A DNA stretch of 64,000 nt from Kiritimatiellia bacterium. GTDB lineage: Bacteria > Verrucomicrobiota > Kiritimatiellia > UBA8416 > JBFIFS01. The first letter of the stretch is position 1. Each line of letters opens with the position of its first letter. Positions 28,986-38,342 of the stretch are shown here, one piece after another. A program made the translations under genes and the position numbers. The stretch lies in contig JBFIFS010000005.1 in the NCBI GenBank assembly GCA_041602695.1, positions 503-64,502 on the forward strand, read 5' to 3'. Under the pieces are notes generated by a model. It was not told the origin of the DNA, searched no databases, and was given only the letters and a program-made list of their open reading frames with translations.

Positions 28986-30347
28986 ATGAACGAAAGTCAG
29001 AGAACCCAGACCATTTGCGTTTCCAAGGTAAAGCTGCCCAGCAAGCTGTCCATCAGGAAGTGCAAGCTGTTCGTCGTCAGCGGCAACCTGCAGGGGCAGG
29101 AGTTCATGGTCGACAAAGATGTCTACACGATTGGCGCCGGCACTGGCAATGACCTCCTTCTAACCGATGAAACGGTATCACGCAGGCATTGCGAGCTGGT
29201 TTACACTGAAAACGGGTACCTTATCCGCGACTGCGGCAGCACAAATGGAACAATTGTCCAGGGCGTCCGGGTCACGGAAGCGGTGATGAACCAGAGCACC
29301 GAGTTTCAGCTGGGTGAAACTAAGATCGTTTTCTGCCCTCTTCGTGAATCTGCGGAGTACAACCTGAGCGATAAAGAGGCCTTCGGGTCACTTCTGGGAA
29401 GAAGCACGTCTATGCGGCGCGTGTTCTACCTCGCCGAAAAATATGCGCCCACAGATGCCACCGTACTCATTGAAGGCGAGACAGGCACGGGAAAGGAAAT
29501 CCTGGCTGAAGAAATACACAAGCACAGCAAGCGCGCCAAGAAGCCTTTCGTGGTGATCGACTGCGCCTCGCTGGCAAAGGACATAATAGAAAGCGAACTT
29601 TTCGGGCATAAGCGAGGATCGTTCACCGGGGCAAGCACTGATCGAATCGGCGCTTTCGAACACGCCAACGGGGGGACTGTATTCCTGGACGAGATCGGCG
29701 AGCTGAGCTCCGAGCTGCAGCCAAAGCTTTTGCGGGTCCTCGAGAAGAAAGAAATACGGCGGGTAGGAAGCAATGAGGTAAAACCCATTGATGTAAGGAT
29801 CATCTCTGCCACAAATCGAAAGCTGGAGAACGAAGTGAATTCCGGTCAGTTCCGCGAAGACCTGTATTTCCGGCTGTCAGTCGTACACCTGGAGCTGTCC
29901 CCTCTCAGGCGAAGGAAAGAAGACATTCCCCTGCTTATCAATAAGTTCCTCGGCGACTTCCATCGGGAGGATTTGGCGCAGGACCAAACGGCAATGGAAA
30001 AGACGCTGGAAGCACTTCACAATCACAACTGGCCCGGCAATGTGCGTGAACTCAGGAATCTTATCGAACTTTTCGCCTATGAAGGGCGCAAGACCGGGGA
30101 CCTCTCGGCACTTCTATGCCTTGGCAATGTAAGGGCCTACGAAGAGCAGACGCGCATCGACCTTGCCGCCGACAGGCCTTTCAAGGAGATGAAGAGTGAG
30201 CTCATCAACCGTTTCGAACGCGACTATATTGCGGACCTGCTGAAAAGAAACGAAGGTAACATTTCGCGCGCGGCGCGCGAGGCCGACATCGAGCGGACCT
30301 ACCTTAAGAGACTGATGAAGAAATACGGCATTACTTCTGACTCGTAG
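28986..30347 (+). CDS. Sigma-54-dependent transcriptional activator with N-terminal FHA domain (FHA - AAA+ - Fis HTH)
   Basis: 453 aa. FHA YTIGAGTGNDLLLTDETVSRRHCELVYTENGYLIRDCGSTNGTIVQG. Walker A GETGTGKE, Walker B VFLDEIGEL, GSFTGA loop (GAFTGA variant), C-terminal HTH NISRAAREADIERTYLKRLMKKYGI. Confidence 0.92.
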   Translation: MNESQRTQTICVSKVKLPSKLSIRKCKLFVVSGNLQGQEFMVDKDVYTIGAGTGNDLLLTDETVSRRHCELVYTENGYLIRDCGSTNGTIVQGVRVTEAVMNQSTEFQLGETKIVFCPLRESAEYNLSDKEAFGSLLGRSTSMRRVFYLAEKYAPTDATVLIEGETGTGKEILAEEIHKHSKRAKKPFVVIDCASLAKDIIESELFGHKRGSFTGASTDRIGAFEHANGGTVFLDEIGELSSELQPKLLRVLEKKEIRRVGSNEVKPIDVRIISATNRKLENEVNSGQFREDLYFRLSVVHLELSPLRRRKEDIPLLINKFLGDFHREDLAQDQTAMEKTLEALHNHNWPGNVRELRNLIELFAYEGRKTGDLSALLCLGNVRAYEEQTRIDLAADRPFKEMKSELINRFERDYIADLLKRNEGNISRAAREADIERTYLKRLMKKYGITSDS

Positions 30348-30360
30348 ACAGGGCAGATAA

Positions 30361-31773
30361 TCAATACGCGTTCTCACCCGCAAAGAAAGTGCGGAGGAGT
30401 ATCTTGAAATCAAAGGCTAACGACCAGTTCTCAAGATAATAAAGATCGTACTTAACACGCTCCTGTATGCTCGTATTGCCTCGAAGCCCATTCACCTGGG
30501 CCCACCCCGTCATGCCCGGCTTGCTCACATGGCGCGACATGTAGCGGCCGATATCGTCCTTAAACTGCTCCACGAAATGGGGGCGCTCCGGCCGGGGGCC
30601 AACCAAACTCATTTCACCCTTGATCACGTTCCAAAGCTGCGGAAGTTCATCGAGGTTGTGTTTCCTCAGGAATGCGCCAGTCTTGGTCCGCCTGGGATCG
30701 CTTTCCGACGCAAATACGGGGCCCGTGTCCTTCTCCGCGTCAACTTTCATTGTCCGGAGCTTCACTATCTTGAATGTACGACCATCCTCACCGCAGCGCT
30801 CCTGCGAATAAAACATCGGGCCTGGCGACTCCCGCCTGACCATGAAGCCGCAAACAAGCATCAGAGGCGAGGTCAGGACAAGCCCTAACGCGGCACCGGT
30901 AAGGTCAGCCGTTCTTTTAAGGGCCCTGTTCCAGAAATTGTCCAGCGGCCACTTGGCAATACCCAGCATGGGGATGTCGTTTAGTGACTGAAAGTCCATG
31001 CTGCTCGTCAGTACCCGAAACAGGTCGGGAACCATATTGAAGGTCACCAAACTCTTCTCACACTTCATTATGATATCAATGATCCCGTCGTGCCCCATCC
31101 CCGAACCTGCAAGGATAACCTGGTCCACTTTGCCCTGCTCAAGCATTTCATCCAAATCCTTGAGCGTCCCCAGTATTTCCTCCTTGGCGATACCTTCATC
31201 CGCCTTATCGAGGTCTACCCTGAGGAACCCTTCAACCTTCGAGCGCAGCATCGGTTCATTTTCTATGGTCTTCTTTATGTGCAGCGCCACGGAATCCGAT
31301 CCCAATATCAGCACCTTGTTGAACTTGCGGCTGTGCCTGGCCATGTTCCATTCGATGCGGAACATGATCCATCGCTCCAGGACGGTCAGTATGCTTACGG
31401 TCAGGAAAGCTATTCCTATGACCATCCTTGAAAAATCGGCCTCATTTTTGAACGCGAATGCTATCACGGCCGTAATGAAGACGCCCGCGCCAGTTGCCTT
31501 GAATATGCGGGGAATCTTGTTTACGTAGGTTCCGGTCTGCGGCCGCAGGTAGAGGCCATGCGCCCGGAACACAAAAAGAAAGATAAATGTCGCAACCGCG
31601 GCGCCCGGAAGATACATGCTGTATAGGCCCTCCGGGCGGCCATAAGGTACTGGAATCCAGCCGGAGTCGAAACGTACGGCCGTAGCCAGCACAAACCCCG
31701 CAAAGACTGCAGCTGCATCGGCTAAAACAGCGGCTGCACTGTTTACTGCATCGAATGTGTCCCTGGCCCTCAT
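30361..31773 (-). CDS. Polyprenyl-phosphate glycosyl-1-phosphate transferase (WbaP/exopolysaccharide-initiating 'bacterial sugar transferase')
   Basis: 470 aa with N-terminal TM helices, a central Rossmann-like region and the C-terminal catalytic block KRTADLTGAALGLVL...SPGPMFYSQERCGEDGRTFKIVKLRTM...DELPQLWNVIKGEMSLVGPRPERP. Confidence 0.92.
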   Translation of the reverse strand: MRARDTFDAVNSAAAVLADAAAVFAGFVLATAVRFDSGWIPVPYGRPEGLYSMYLPGAAVATFIFLFVFRAHGLYLRPQTGTYVNKIPRIFKATGAGVFITAVIAFAFKNEADFSRMVIGIAFLTVSILTVLERWIMFRIEWNMARHSRKFNKVLILGSDSVALHIKKTIENEPMLRSKVEGFLRVDLDKADEGIAKEEILGTLKDLDEMLEQGKVDQVILAGSGMGHDGIIDIIMKCEKSLVTFNMVPDLFRVLTSSMDFQSLNDIPMLGIAKWPLDNFWNRALKRTADLTGAALGLVLTSPLMLVCGFMVRRESPGPMFYSQERCGEDGRTFKIVKLRTMKVDAEKDTGPVFASESDPRRTKTGAFLRKHNLDELPQLWNVIKGEMSLVGPRPERPHFVEQFKDDIGRYMSRHVSKPGMTGWAQVNGLRGNTSIQERVKYDLYYLENWSLAFDFKILLRTFFAGENAY

Positions 31774-31953
31774 TACAGTGACTATACAGCCTGCGGCGTT
31801 ACTCGTGCAACCCGTTATTCCGCATGCATTTCCCTTACATTTTCATGGCTTATCGCCCGCCGCGGGAAACCCAATCCCCTCTTGACATTAGGCACCCATT
31901 TATTCACCATGCAATCTCGCGCGATTGTGCTCGATTCCAGCTGTGAGGTAAGT

Positions 31954-34900
31954 ATGGATTTGCCTGAAAAAAAAGATTTTGCGGACGATCATCAACTCGA
32001 ATGGCACCTGAAAATTGAGGATGGTTCTGTCTTCGGTCCTGCTCCCCTCCACGACATGATCAACTGGGCCGAGCAAGGCCGAATTTCTCCCGGACACGAG
32101 GTGTCGAGCGACGCGGAAAACTGGATCCCCGCCGAAGACCTGCCGGAACTCGAAATGAACTGGATGGTTCACTTCACCGATGGCAACGAATTCGGCCCCC
32201 TTAACATCAAGGCCCTCGCTGAGCTGGTAAATGACGGCACGGTTCCAAATGACGCCTCTCTCATCCACTCCGTGACGGGCGAAAGAACAACCATAGAGGA
32301 AAAGCTGGGGGATATATTCGGCGCACTCGAAGCCGAATCCATGGATGACCTTGAAGAAAAGGTCCGCGGTCTCGAGTCGCAGGTATCCTCATCCACTGAA
32401 ATGCTTGAGGACGCCGAAAAGCGCGCGGCTGCAGAAAAGGCGGAGCAGGAATCCATTCTCAATGACAGCCTCAAGCAGATCGAGAAGCTGAACAGCCGCA
32501 TTTCCGAACTTGAAAAAGAGAAAGACGGCCTCTCCGACGAGCTTAAGGATGCAAAGGAGTCTCTCGCCTCAAAAGCCACGCCCCAGCCCGGTGGCGAAAT
32601 CGACTGGATTGAAGGCACTCAGAAGCCGGCTGCGCCCGCGGCTGTCACTCCGGCCGAGTCGAAGGAAAAGGCCAAGCTCGAGGCCAAGGTCAAGGAACTC
32701 GAGGGCAAGATTGAAGGCCTGAACAAGGACCTGGTCTCCGCTAAGACCCAATCTGAAGCGATGGCTGATGGTCACAAGTCCCTGACCGCAGAGCAGAAGA
32801 CACGCGAAGCGGAGCTGCAAACACAACTGGCGACTCTGAAGAAGGATTCTGAAGCAAAGTCCAGGGAGCTGGAAAAGGCAAGAGCCGACCTCGAAACAAG
32901 CAAGAAGGAAGCCGAAGGCAAGATATCGTCCCTCTCGGAAGAGGTCAGGCAACTTCAGTCAAACGTATCCGAGCTGGAAAAGAAGGCTTCTGAACAGTCC
33001 ACGGAGCTTGCCAAAGCGAAGGAAGAACTGGAAAAACAGAAGGCTGAAAAACCCTCACCTGCCGATCAAAAGAAAGCCGCCGATCTTGAATTAAAAATCG
33101 AAAAGCTTACCGCCCTCCTGCAAGACACCAACGCCGAAGCTGAAGCGGCCAGGACAGAACTGGCCTCGACCAAGTCCGAGGCGGAGAAAGCGCGCAAGGA
33201 GGTAGACCAAACCAAGGCCGAACTGGAGAAGGAGCGCAGCCTTCACTCAAACGCGCTCCTCGAAGTATCCCAGAAAGAGGAAGCCCTGGACAAAACGGTC
33301 AGGGACCTGAAAGCCCAGCTGGACAACACGAAGAACCTTCTCGGCAAGACGCAGAAAGAACTGGAAGAGGAGCGCGCCCAGCAGTCAAGCAAGGTCGACG
33401 AGGTCTCGCAGAGGGAGAACGAACTCCTTGCAAAGATAGGGGAGGCAGAAAAGGCTTCCTCCGAGCTGTCGGAACGTCTCGCTGCCGCAGAAAAAGAGCT
33501 TGAGGCCGAACGCCAGAACCATGTTTCCATGAAAGAGGAAGTCAGCCGCCAGGAGCAGCTGCTCGCCGCGAAGATCAGCGAAATGGAGGCCGCCTTGGAG
33601 GCTTCTCGCCAGCAGCAGGCGCAGAAAGCCCAGGAGCTCCAGGAGCAGGAACAGGCCTGCAGGGCCCTGCAGGACGAGTCCCAGCTTAAGGAGCAGCACC
33701 TCTCAGAGCAGATCGACGCGCTGCGCACAGAGTCACAGGACACCATAACGGCCCTTGACCAGGCTCGGCAGGAGCTTGATGCGGAGCGCAGCCGCCACAC
33801 AGACACGATGGAAGAGGCCAGCCGCAAGGAAACAGAGCTCACAGAGAAGGTCGAGGCCCTCTCGACGGAGGCAAAAGCCAAGGCCGAGGCCCTTGAATCC
33901 ACCCGCGCCCAACTGGACTCGGAACGGGACAAGGCACAGGCCCTGAACGAGCAGAGCGAAAGCCGCCAGAAAGAGCTGAGCAGGCAGGTCGAGGAACTGA
34001 ACGCCAAGACGGCCTCTCTCACATCAGGCCTGGACCAGGCGCGCGAGGAACTTGAGAAAGAACGCAGACGCGTCGACGCGCTGCGCAAACAGAATGAGGA
34101 CCGGGAGGTCCAGATACAGAGCCAGCGCGACAGCTTCATGCAGCTGCTCGTAGAGGAATCGAAGAAGATTGAAGAGGAGCTCTCCCAGGAACGGTCAATT
34201 TTCGATTCCGTCCGGGACGCCTTCAGCCGCAAAGAGCAGGAATGCGAAGAGCGGATCCAGCACCTACAGGAAATGGTGGGAGCCGACTTCCAGCAGCAGC
34301 AGGAGATCTTCCGGAAACGCCTCGATGCGGAAGCGCGGCTCAGGGAGATCGAAACAGAGATATCCGCAAAGGAAAGTCAGAGCAAGAAGGCCATTGAGCA
34401 GATCGAACGGAAGGCCCGGGACTATCAGGACAGGATCAATTCGCTGACTGAAGCCAAGGAATCGGCACAGTCCCGCCTCGACAGGGCCGAACAGGAAATC
34501 TCCCAGCAGAACTCAATTATCGAAGAACTCAAGTCGCGCAGCCAGAAAAGCGACCACGAACTCTCCCATCGCCTTGACCAGGTCCAGGATGAATGCCGCG
34601 ATCTCCTGAAGAAGCTCGGCGACTCCCAGCTCAAGCTCGAGGAGATGACAAAGCTTCGCGATGACGCCGCTGCAGAAGCCGCGCAGCGACACGAAGAGCT
34701 CAAGCAGCAGAAGTCCATCTACGATGAGTTCATGGACAGCGCCCGCAATCGAGAGTCGGAACTCAACCAGAAAATTTTTGAACTCCAGGATGCCCAGTCC
34801 TCTGTCTCATCCAAACTCGACCAAATAGAGTGGGACTCCCGCCAGAAGGAGAACACACTCCTGGACGAGCTCGAGATCCTGAGAAGCGACAAGTCATACC

Positions 34901-36861
34901 TCGAACAGCAGGTGGGCGATATGCAGTCGCGGACAGAGGCCGCAGAGGCTGCGCTGGACAGCGCGCGCGAAGAGCTCAGCAGGCTCGGCGAAATGTATAA
35001 GTCCTCCGAAGCCAATGTGCATGAGAAGGAAAAGGCCCTCAACGAGCACGTACAGCACCTGGAAAAGGAGCTCTCTTCCGCCCGCGAACAGCTCAAGAAA
35101 TCGATGGATGCCCTGGAATCTGAACGGGCCCTGCAGGTGGAACTTGAGAAGGCCGGCAAGGAGAAGGAACGTCAGCTCGGCCAGAAAGTTGAACAGCTGG
35201 AGCGCAAGCTCGACCAGGAACACGGCGACACAGCCAGCCTGAAATCGGAGCTCGCGTCCCAGAAAGAGCTCGTTGCCGAGCTTCGCCAGCAGGTCCTGCA
35301 GAAGGAAGAAGAGGCCAGGCAGCGCATCAACGACCTGAGCCGCAGCTCGGAACAGGCGGCGGAATCACTTGAAGCCCATAAAGAGAAGGTGCGCGAAGCC
35401 GAGGCCCTGGTAAAGCAGAAGGCCCAGGAAATAGGCGAGCTTAAGAAGCTTTATGAGGCGGCCCAGGAGAACATGGCGGCGCGTGAAGATTCCTACCAGA
35501 AAGACGTTGTCGAGCTGGAGGAAAAGGTCCAGGACATAACCAGCCGCCTCGAACAGCAGCAGCAGTCCATAGAATCGGAGCGGACCCGCACGAAGCAGCG
35601 CACCGAGGAACTCGAGCGGCAGAAGCACCTCTTCCTGGATGAGCAGAAGCAGCGGCGCCATCGCGAGCAGGAGCTCGCCGACCATCGCAAGCAGCTCGAA
35701 GATTCAAAGCAGAAGATTGTCCAGCGTGACGAGCAGATTGCAGCGCTGCGCAAGAGTATTGAGGAAGAAACACAGAGTAGGCGCAGCGCCGAAGCGACAC
35801 TGGGTCAGGCGGAGAAAGCAGTACAGGACGTCAAGGACCGCTATGACCACCTCGAAGAACAGATGTCCCATGAGCGCGAAATCTACGAGGAACATGTTGA
35901 GCGCGCCGCGGCCGAACAGCAGGAACTCATGCAGCGCCTCGAGTCTGTGCAGGATGAGTACAGGGCGGTATCGCTGAAGCTTGAAGAAGCCTCTGAAGAG
36001 CTGGAACAGCAGCGCATCATGCAGGAGGACGAGAGAACGCGAAGCAACCAGCGTGACGAGGAATACCAGATGCACCTCGAGCAGATGCGCGAGGAGCAGC
36101 ACGTGCTCTCCGCTGAAATGGAGCGCATGTCCAAGGAACTCGAACAGCAGAAGATCCTTCACGAAGATGAAGACGAGCGCAGCCGCATGAAAATCGAGGA
36201 CATGCAGCAGCAGATAGAACAGCTCCAGCAGGAGAAGGAAGCTGTAGCCGTGCGCTTCGAGCAGCAGAAGAAGTTCTACGATGAGGAGCGCGAGCAGCGC
36301 CGGCAGCGCGAACTCGAAATCCTTCAGCTGCGCAAGTCGCTTCAGGACGCGAATGGGGCCGGGCGCCAGAAGGACCAGCTTCTTGCCCAGCAGCGTAAGC
36401 TCCACGAAGACGAGGGCGCCCGGTGGAAACACAAGGAGCAGATCCTGAACAAGCGGCTGGAGCAGCTCCAAAAGGACTGGCGTACCGCGACAAACAAGCT
36501 TGAGCAGGCGCAGCGGGAGCTTATACAGAACAGGAAATACACTCCTCTCGACTCTACGCGCCCCTTCACATCAACGCTAAAGACTCCTCGCCGTTCCATT
36601 CTTTCTGAAGGATCTGCGGCGGGAACTTCCGATCGAGTCCCTCCCCAGCAGGATCCCGTCGGTCGCAGGAAAGAACAGCTGAGCGCCCTGGAAGCAGAGG
36701 CCGAAAGAGAGCTCATGGAGCTGCGCAACGAGCAGGCGCCCAAGTCCCCCGCTCCACCGCAAGAACCCGAGGACGCCGGCGCCGATGAGGACGACACACC
36801 TGATGCCACTCCCCCGCCTAAGTCAGTATTCAGGCTGATGCCCTGGATGAAGCTGAAGTAG
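31954..36861 (+). CDS. Giant coiled-coil protein (~1635 aa) with two N-terminal GYF_2 (DUF4339-type) domains
   Basis: ORF 31882..36861 (TTG); start trimmed to ATG 31954, preceded by GAGG. GYF-like WHLKIEDGSVFGPAPLHDMINWAEQGRISPGHEVSSDAENWIPAEDLPEL and WMVHFTDGNEFGPLNIKALAELVNDGTVPNDASLIH. The next ~1400 aa are E/K/Q/L/A/R-rich heptad-type sequence, followed by a Pro-rich tail ending SVFRLMPWMKLK. Confidence 0.88.
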   Translation: MDLPEKKDFADDHQLEWHLKIEDGSVFGPAPLHDMINWAEQGRISPGHEVSSDAENWIPAEDLPELEMNWMVHFTDGNEFGPLNIKALAELVNDGTVPNDASLIHSVTGERTTIEEKLGDIFGALEAESMDDLEEKVRGLESQVSSSTEMLEDAEKRAAAEKAEQESILNDSLKQIEKLNSRISELEKEKDGLSDELKDAKESLASKATPQPGGEIDWIEGTQKPAAPAAVTPAESKEKAKLEAKVKELEGKIEGLNKDLVSAKTQSEAMADGHKSLTAEQKTREAELQTQLATLKKDSEAKSRELEKARADLETSKKEAEGKISSLSEEVRQLQSNVSELEKKASEQSTELAKAKEELEKQKAEKPSPADQKKAADLELKIEKLTALLQDTNAEAEAARTELASTKSEAEKARKEVDQTKAELEKERSLHSNALLEVSQKEEALDKTVRDLKAQLDNTKNLLGKTQKELEEERAQQSSKVDEVSQRENELLAKIGEAEKASSELSERLAAAEKELEAERQNHVSMKEEVSRQEQLLAAKISEMEAALEASRQQQAQKAQELQEQEQACRALQDESQLKEQHLSEQIDALRTESQDTITALDQARQELDAERSRHTDTMEEASRKETELTEKVEALSTEAKAKAEALESTRAQLDSERDKAQALNEQSESRQKELSRQVEELNAKTASLTSGLDQAREELEKERRRVDALRKQNEDREVQIQSQRDSFMQLLVEESKKIEEELSQERSIFDSVRDAFSRKEQECEERIQHLQEMVGADFQQQQEIFRKRLDAEARLREIETEISAKESQSKKAIEQIERKARDYQDRINSLTEAKESAQSRLDRAEQEISQQNSIIEELKSRSQKSDHELSHRLDQVQDECRDLLKKLGDSQLKLEEMTKLRDDAAAEAAQRHEELKQQKSIYDEFMDSARNRESELNQKIFELQDAQSSVSSKLDQIEWDSRQKENTLLDELEILRSDKSYLEQQVGDMQSRTEAAEAALDSAREELSRLGEMYKSSEANVHEKEKALNEHVQHLEKELSSAREQLKKSMDALESERALQVELEKAGKEKERQLGQKVEQLERKLDQEHGDTASLKSELASQKELVAELRQQVLQKEEEARQRINDLSRSSEQAAESLEAHKEKVREAEALVKQKAQEIGELKKLYEAAQENMAAREDSYQKDVVELEEKVQDITSRLEQQQQSIESERTRTKQRTEELERQKHLFLDEQKQRRHREQELADHRKQLEDSKQKIVQRDEQIAALRKSIEEETQSRRSAEATLGQAEKAVQDVKDRYDHLEEQMSHEREIYEEHVERAAAEQQELMQRLESVQDEYRAVSLKLEEASEELEQQRIMQEDERTRSNQRDEEYQMHLEQMREEQHVLSAEMERMSKELEQQKILHEDEDERSRMKIEDMQQQIEQLQQEKEAVAVRFEQQKKFYDEEREQRRQRELEILQLRKSLQDANGAGRQKDQLLAQQRKLHEDEGARWKHKEQILNKRLEQLQKDWRTATNKLEQAQRELIQNRKYTPLDSTRPFTSTLKTPRRSILSEGSAAGTSDRVPPQQDPVGRRKEQLSALEAEAERELMELRNEQAPKSPAPPQEPEDAGADEDDTPDATPPPKSVFRLMPWMKLK

Positions 36862-36885
36862 GGTTTCCGACTGGCTGTTTGCACA

Positions 36886-37716
36886 ATGAACATTCCTCCA
36901 AAATCGATTAAGACCCAGCTGGCCCGCAAAGGCAGCAGGCCAAAACGGGTACATGCTCTGGACAGATCAGACAGCGCTGACTCGGACGGGGACACTGCGC
37001 GGCGCACACAGGTGCAAAGTGCAGCCCGCGTGCCGCGCGACCTCGCGGAAGCGGAAAGCGTCTCCACCGAATCACTCCCTGTGCTTCAGGCTTTCCAGGA
37101 ATTCCTGGAGAATGAAAGAAAGCACGCTCGCCGTCAGGTCGCCGCAATAACCGCTTTCTTCCTGATACTGTTCCTGCTCGTCGCGGGTGCCGGTGCATTC
37201 TTCGGCTACGTCTATATTGGAAAGATGAATACCGAAATCACTTCTCTCCACGCGCAGCTGGCGGCAGACACGAATAATAAGAAGCAAACAGCCGATATCC
37301 TTACGGCGCTGGCCCGGCGCACGGACGATCTTACCAGCAGGATCGATGATGGTGATGACCTGATAAAGAAGGCAACTTCGCAGATAAACGACACTGTATC
37401 GAGCTCCCTCGCCGACAAAATGGCGGAGATCGAGGAGATCCGAAAGGCACTGAAGACTCTTGAGCTTGAAAACCGCAACCTGCGCCATGACCTGGCGCGA
37501 ATTCAGGCGGAACCCACAGTAGCCACATCCGGCATCGACACTACGATGGCCGCGACCGCGGTCTCGTCCCCGATGCATCCCCCATCCGGAATTGACGCCG
37601 CTGTCATCAGGACACCCAAACCGAGGGTCAGCGAGGCCCTGGAGCCGCTGGAGATGGCGATTCTCGCACCAGGCCTGTCCACTACCTTGAAGTGGCGTAT
37701 CCCTATCTCGGAATAA
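36886..37716 (+). CDS. Bitopic membrane protein with an extracytoplasmic coiled coil (unknown function)
   Basis: 276 aa, 24 nt after the giant gene. Basic N-terminus, TM helix VAAITAFFLILFLLVAGAGAFFGYVYIG, then a heptad-like segment (LHAQLAADTNNKKQTADILTALARRTDDLTSRIDD...LELENRNLRHDLARIQ). Confidence 0.7.
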   Translation: MNIPPKSIKTQLARKGSRPKRVHALDRSDSADSDGDTARRTQVQSAARVPRDLAEAESVSTESLPVLQAFQEFLENERKHARRQVAAITAFFLILFLLVAGAGAFFGYVYIGKMNTEITSLHAQLAADTNNKKQTADILTALARRTDDLTSRIDDGDDLIKKATSQINDTVSSSLADKMAEIEEIRKALKTLELENRNLRHDLARIQAEPTVATSGIDTTMAATAVSSPMHPPSGIDAAVIRTPKPRVSEALEPLEMAILAPGLSTTLKWRIPISE

Positions 37717-38239
37717 ACAGCTTCTGCCCTGCCCTGACGCTGTCTGGGTTGGCAAGCTTGTTTGCCTTCACGATGGCGGAAACGGTCACACCATATGCCT
37801 GCGCGATGGCGGAAAGTGTCTGGCCCGGCTCGACGGTGTGCTCAACACCTGTGCCCGAATAGGTAACACTCGCGGCCACCTGCGTCTTCATTATCTCGGC
37901 CACCTTCTTGCTGATGGCCTGGATCGTCTCCGACTGCAGCCGGTCGTCCCTTGCCTCAAGCGCCTTTACCGCCTGGGACAGCTTTACTTCAAGTTCAGCG
38001 CCGGCGGCAGAAGCCTTTGAAACTGTCTTCTTGAGGTCCATTATGTCCTGGGCTATCTGTTCCTGGGCCATCTCGATTCCTTTAAGGCGCTCTTTCAACA
38101 TGGCAACATCTGAGGAAACCGTCATGCGCTCATGGGTCTCCCTGGCCTGGGCCTGCCGGGTTTCCCGCATATACGAAGCACAGCCGGGCGACGAAGCGCC
38201 CACAACAACAAGGCTTAGAAGTAGTGTAGTCGTTTTCAT
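37703..38239 (-). CDS. LysM-domain lipoprotein with coiled-coil linker
   Basis: 178 aa. Signal plus Cys (LVVVGASSPGC), a helical region, and C-terminal LysM HTVEPGQTLSAIAQAYGVTVSAIVKANKLANPDSVRAGQKLFIP. The 3' end overlaps the convergent gene by 14 nt. Confidence 0.85.
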   Translation of the reverse strand: MKTTTLLLSLVVVGASSPGCASYMRETRQAQARETHERMTVSSDVAMLKERLKGIEMAQEQIAQDIMDLKKTVSKASAAGAELEVKLSQAVKALEARDDRLQSETIQAISKKVAEIMKTQVAASVTYSGTGVEHTVEPGQTLSAIAQAYGVTVSAIVKANKLANPDSVRAGQKLFIPR

Positions 38240-38342
38240 GGCGCCATATTAACACGCGCGGTGACGCCCTCAACACTGAACTTTCATCTTTTTCGTTTCA
38301 ATCTTGAATAGCCCTCAAGCACACGGTTAGACTGAGGACCGT

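Noticed and set aside
31882-31910. TTGACA at 31882 as a -35 box for the coiled-coil gene.
   Set aside because: The only hexamer at 17-nt spacing is CACCAT (a weak -10), and the better TATTCA is at 13 nt. This is too ambiguous to report as a feature.
31882-31953. TTG-initiated 24-codon N-terminal extension of the coiled-coil gene. Similar non-ATG or upstream extensions occur at 2227-2319, 14905-14979, 28829-28870, 41217-41249, 52412-52447 and 55004-55063.
   Set aside because: In each case the conserved family N-terminus, signal peptide or ribosome-binding site begins at an internal ATG. The extensions have no homology-like features.
33243-34232. 329-aa antisense ORF (Ser/Ala/Phe/Cys-rich) inside the giant coiled-coil gene. 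Similar long antisense ORFs occur at 34719-35159, 35704-36471 and 36342-37067.
   Set aside because: They are the mirror image of a GAG/AAG/CAG/CTG-rich sense strand, which rarely yields stops in the complementary frames. Their low-complexity composition lacks motifs. They are shadow ORFs.
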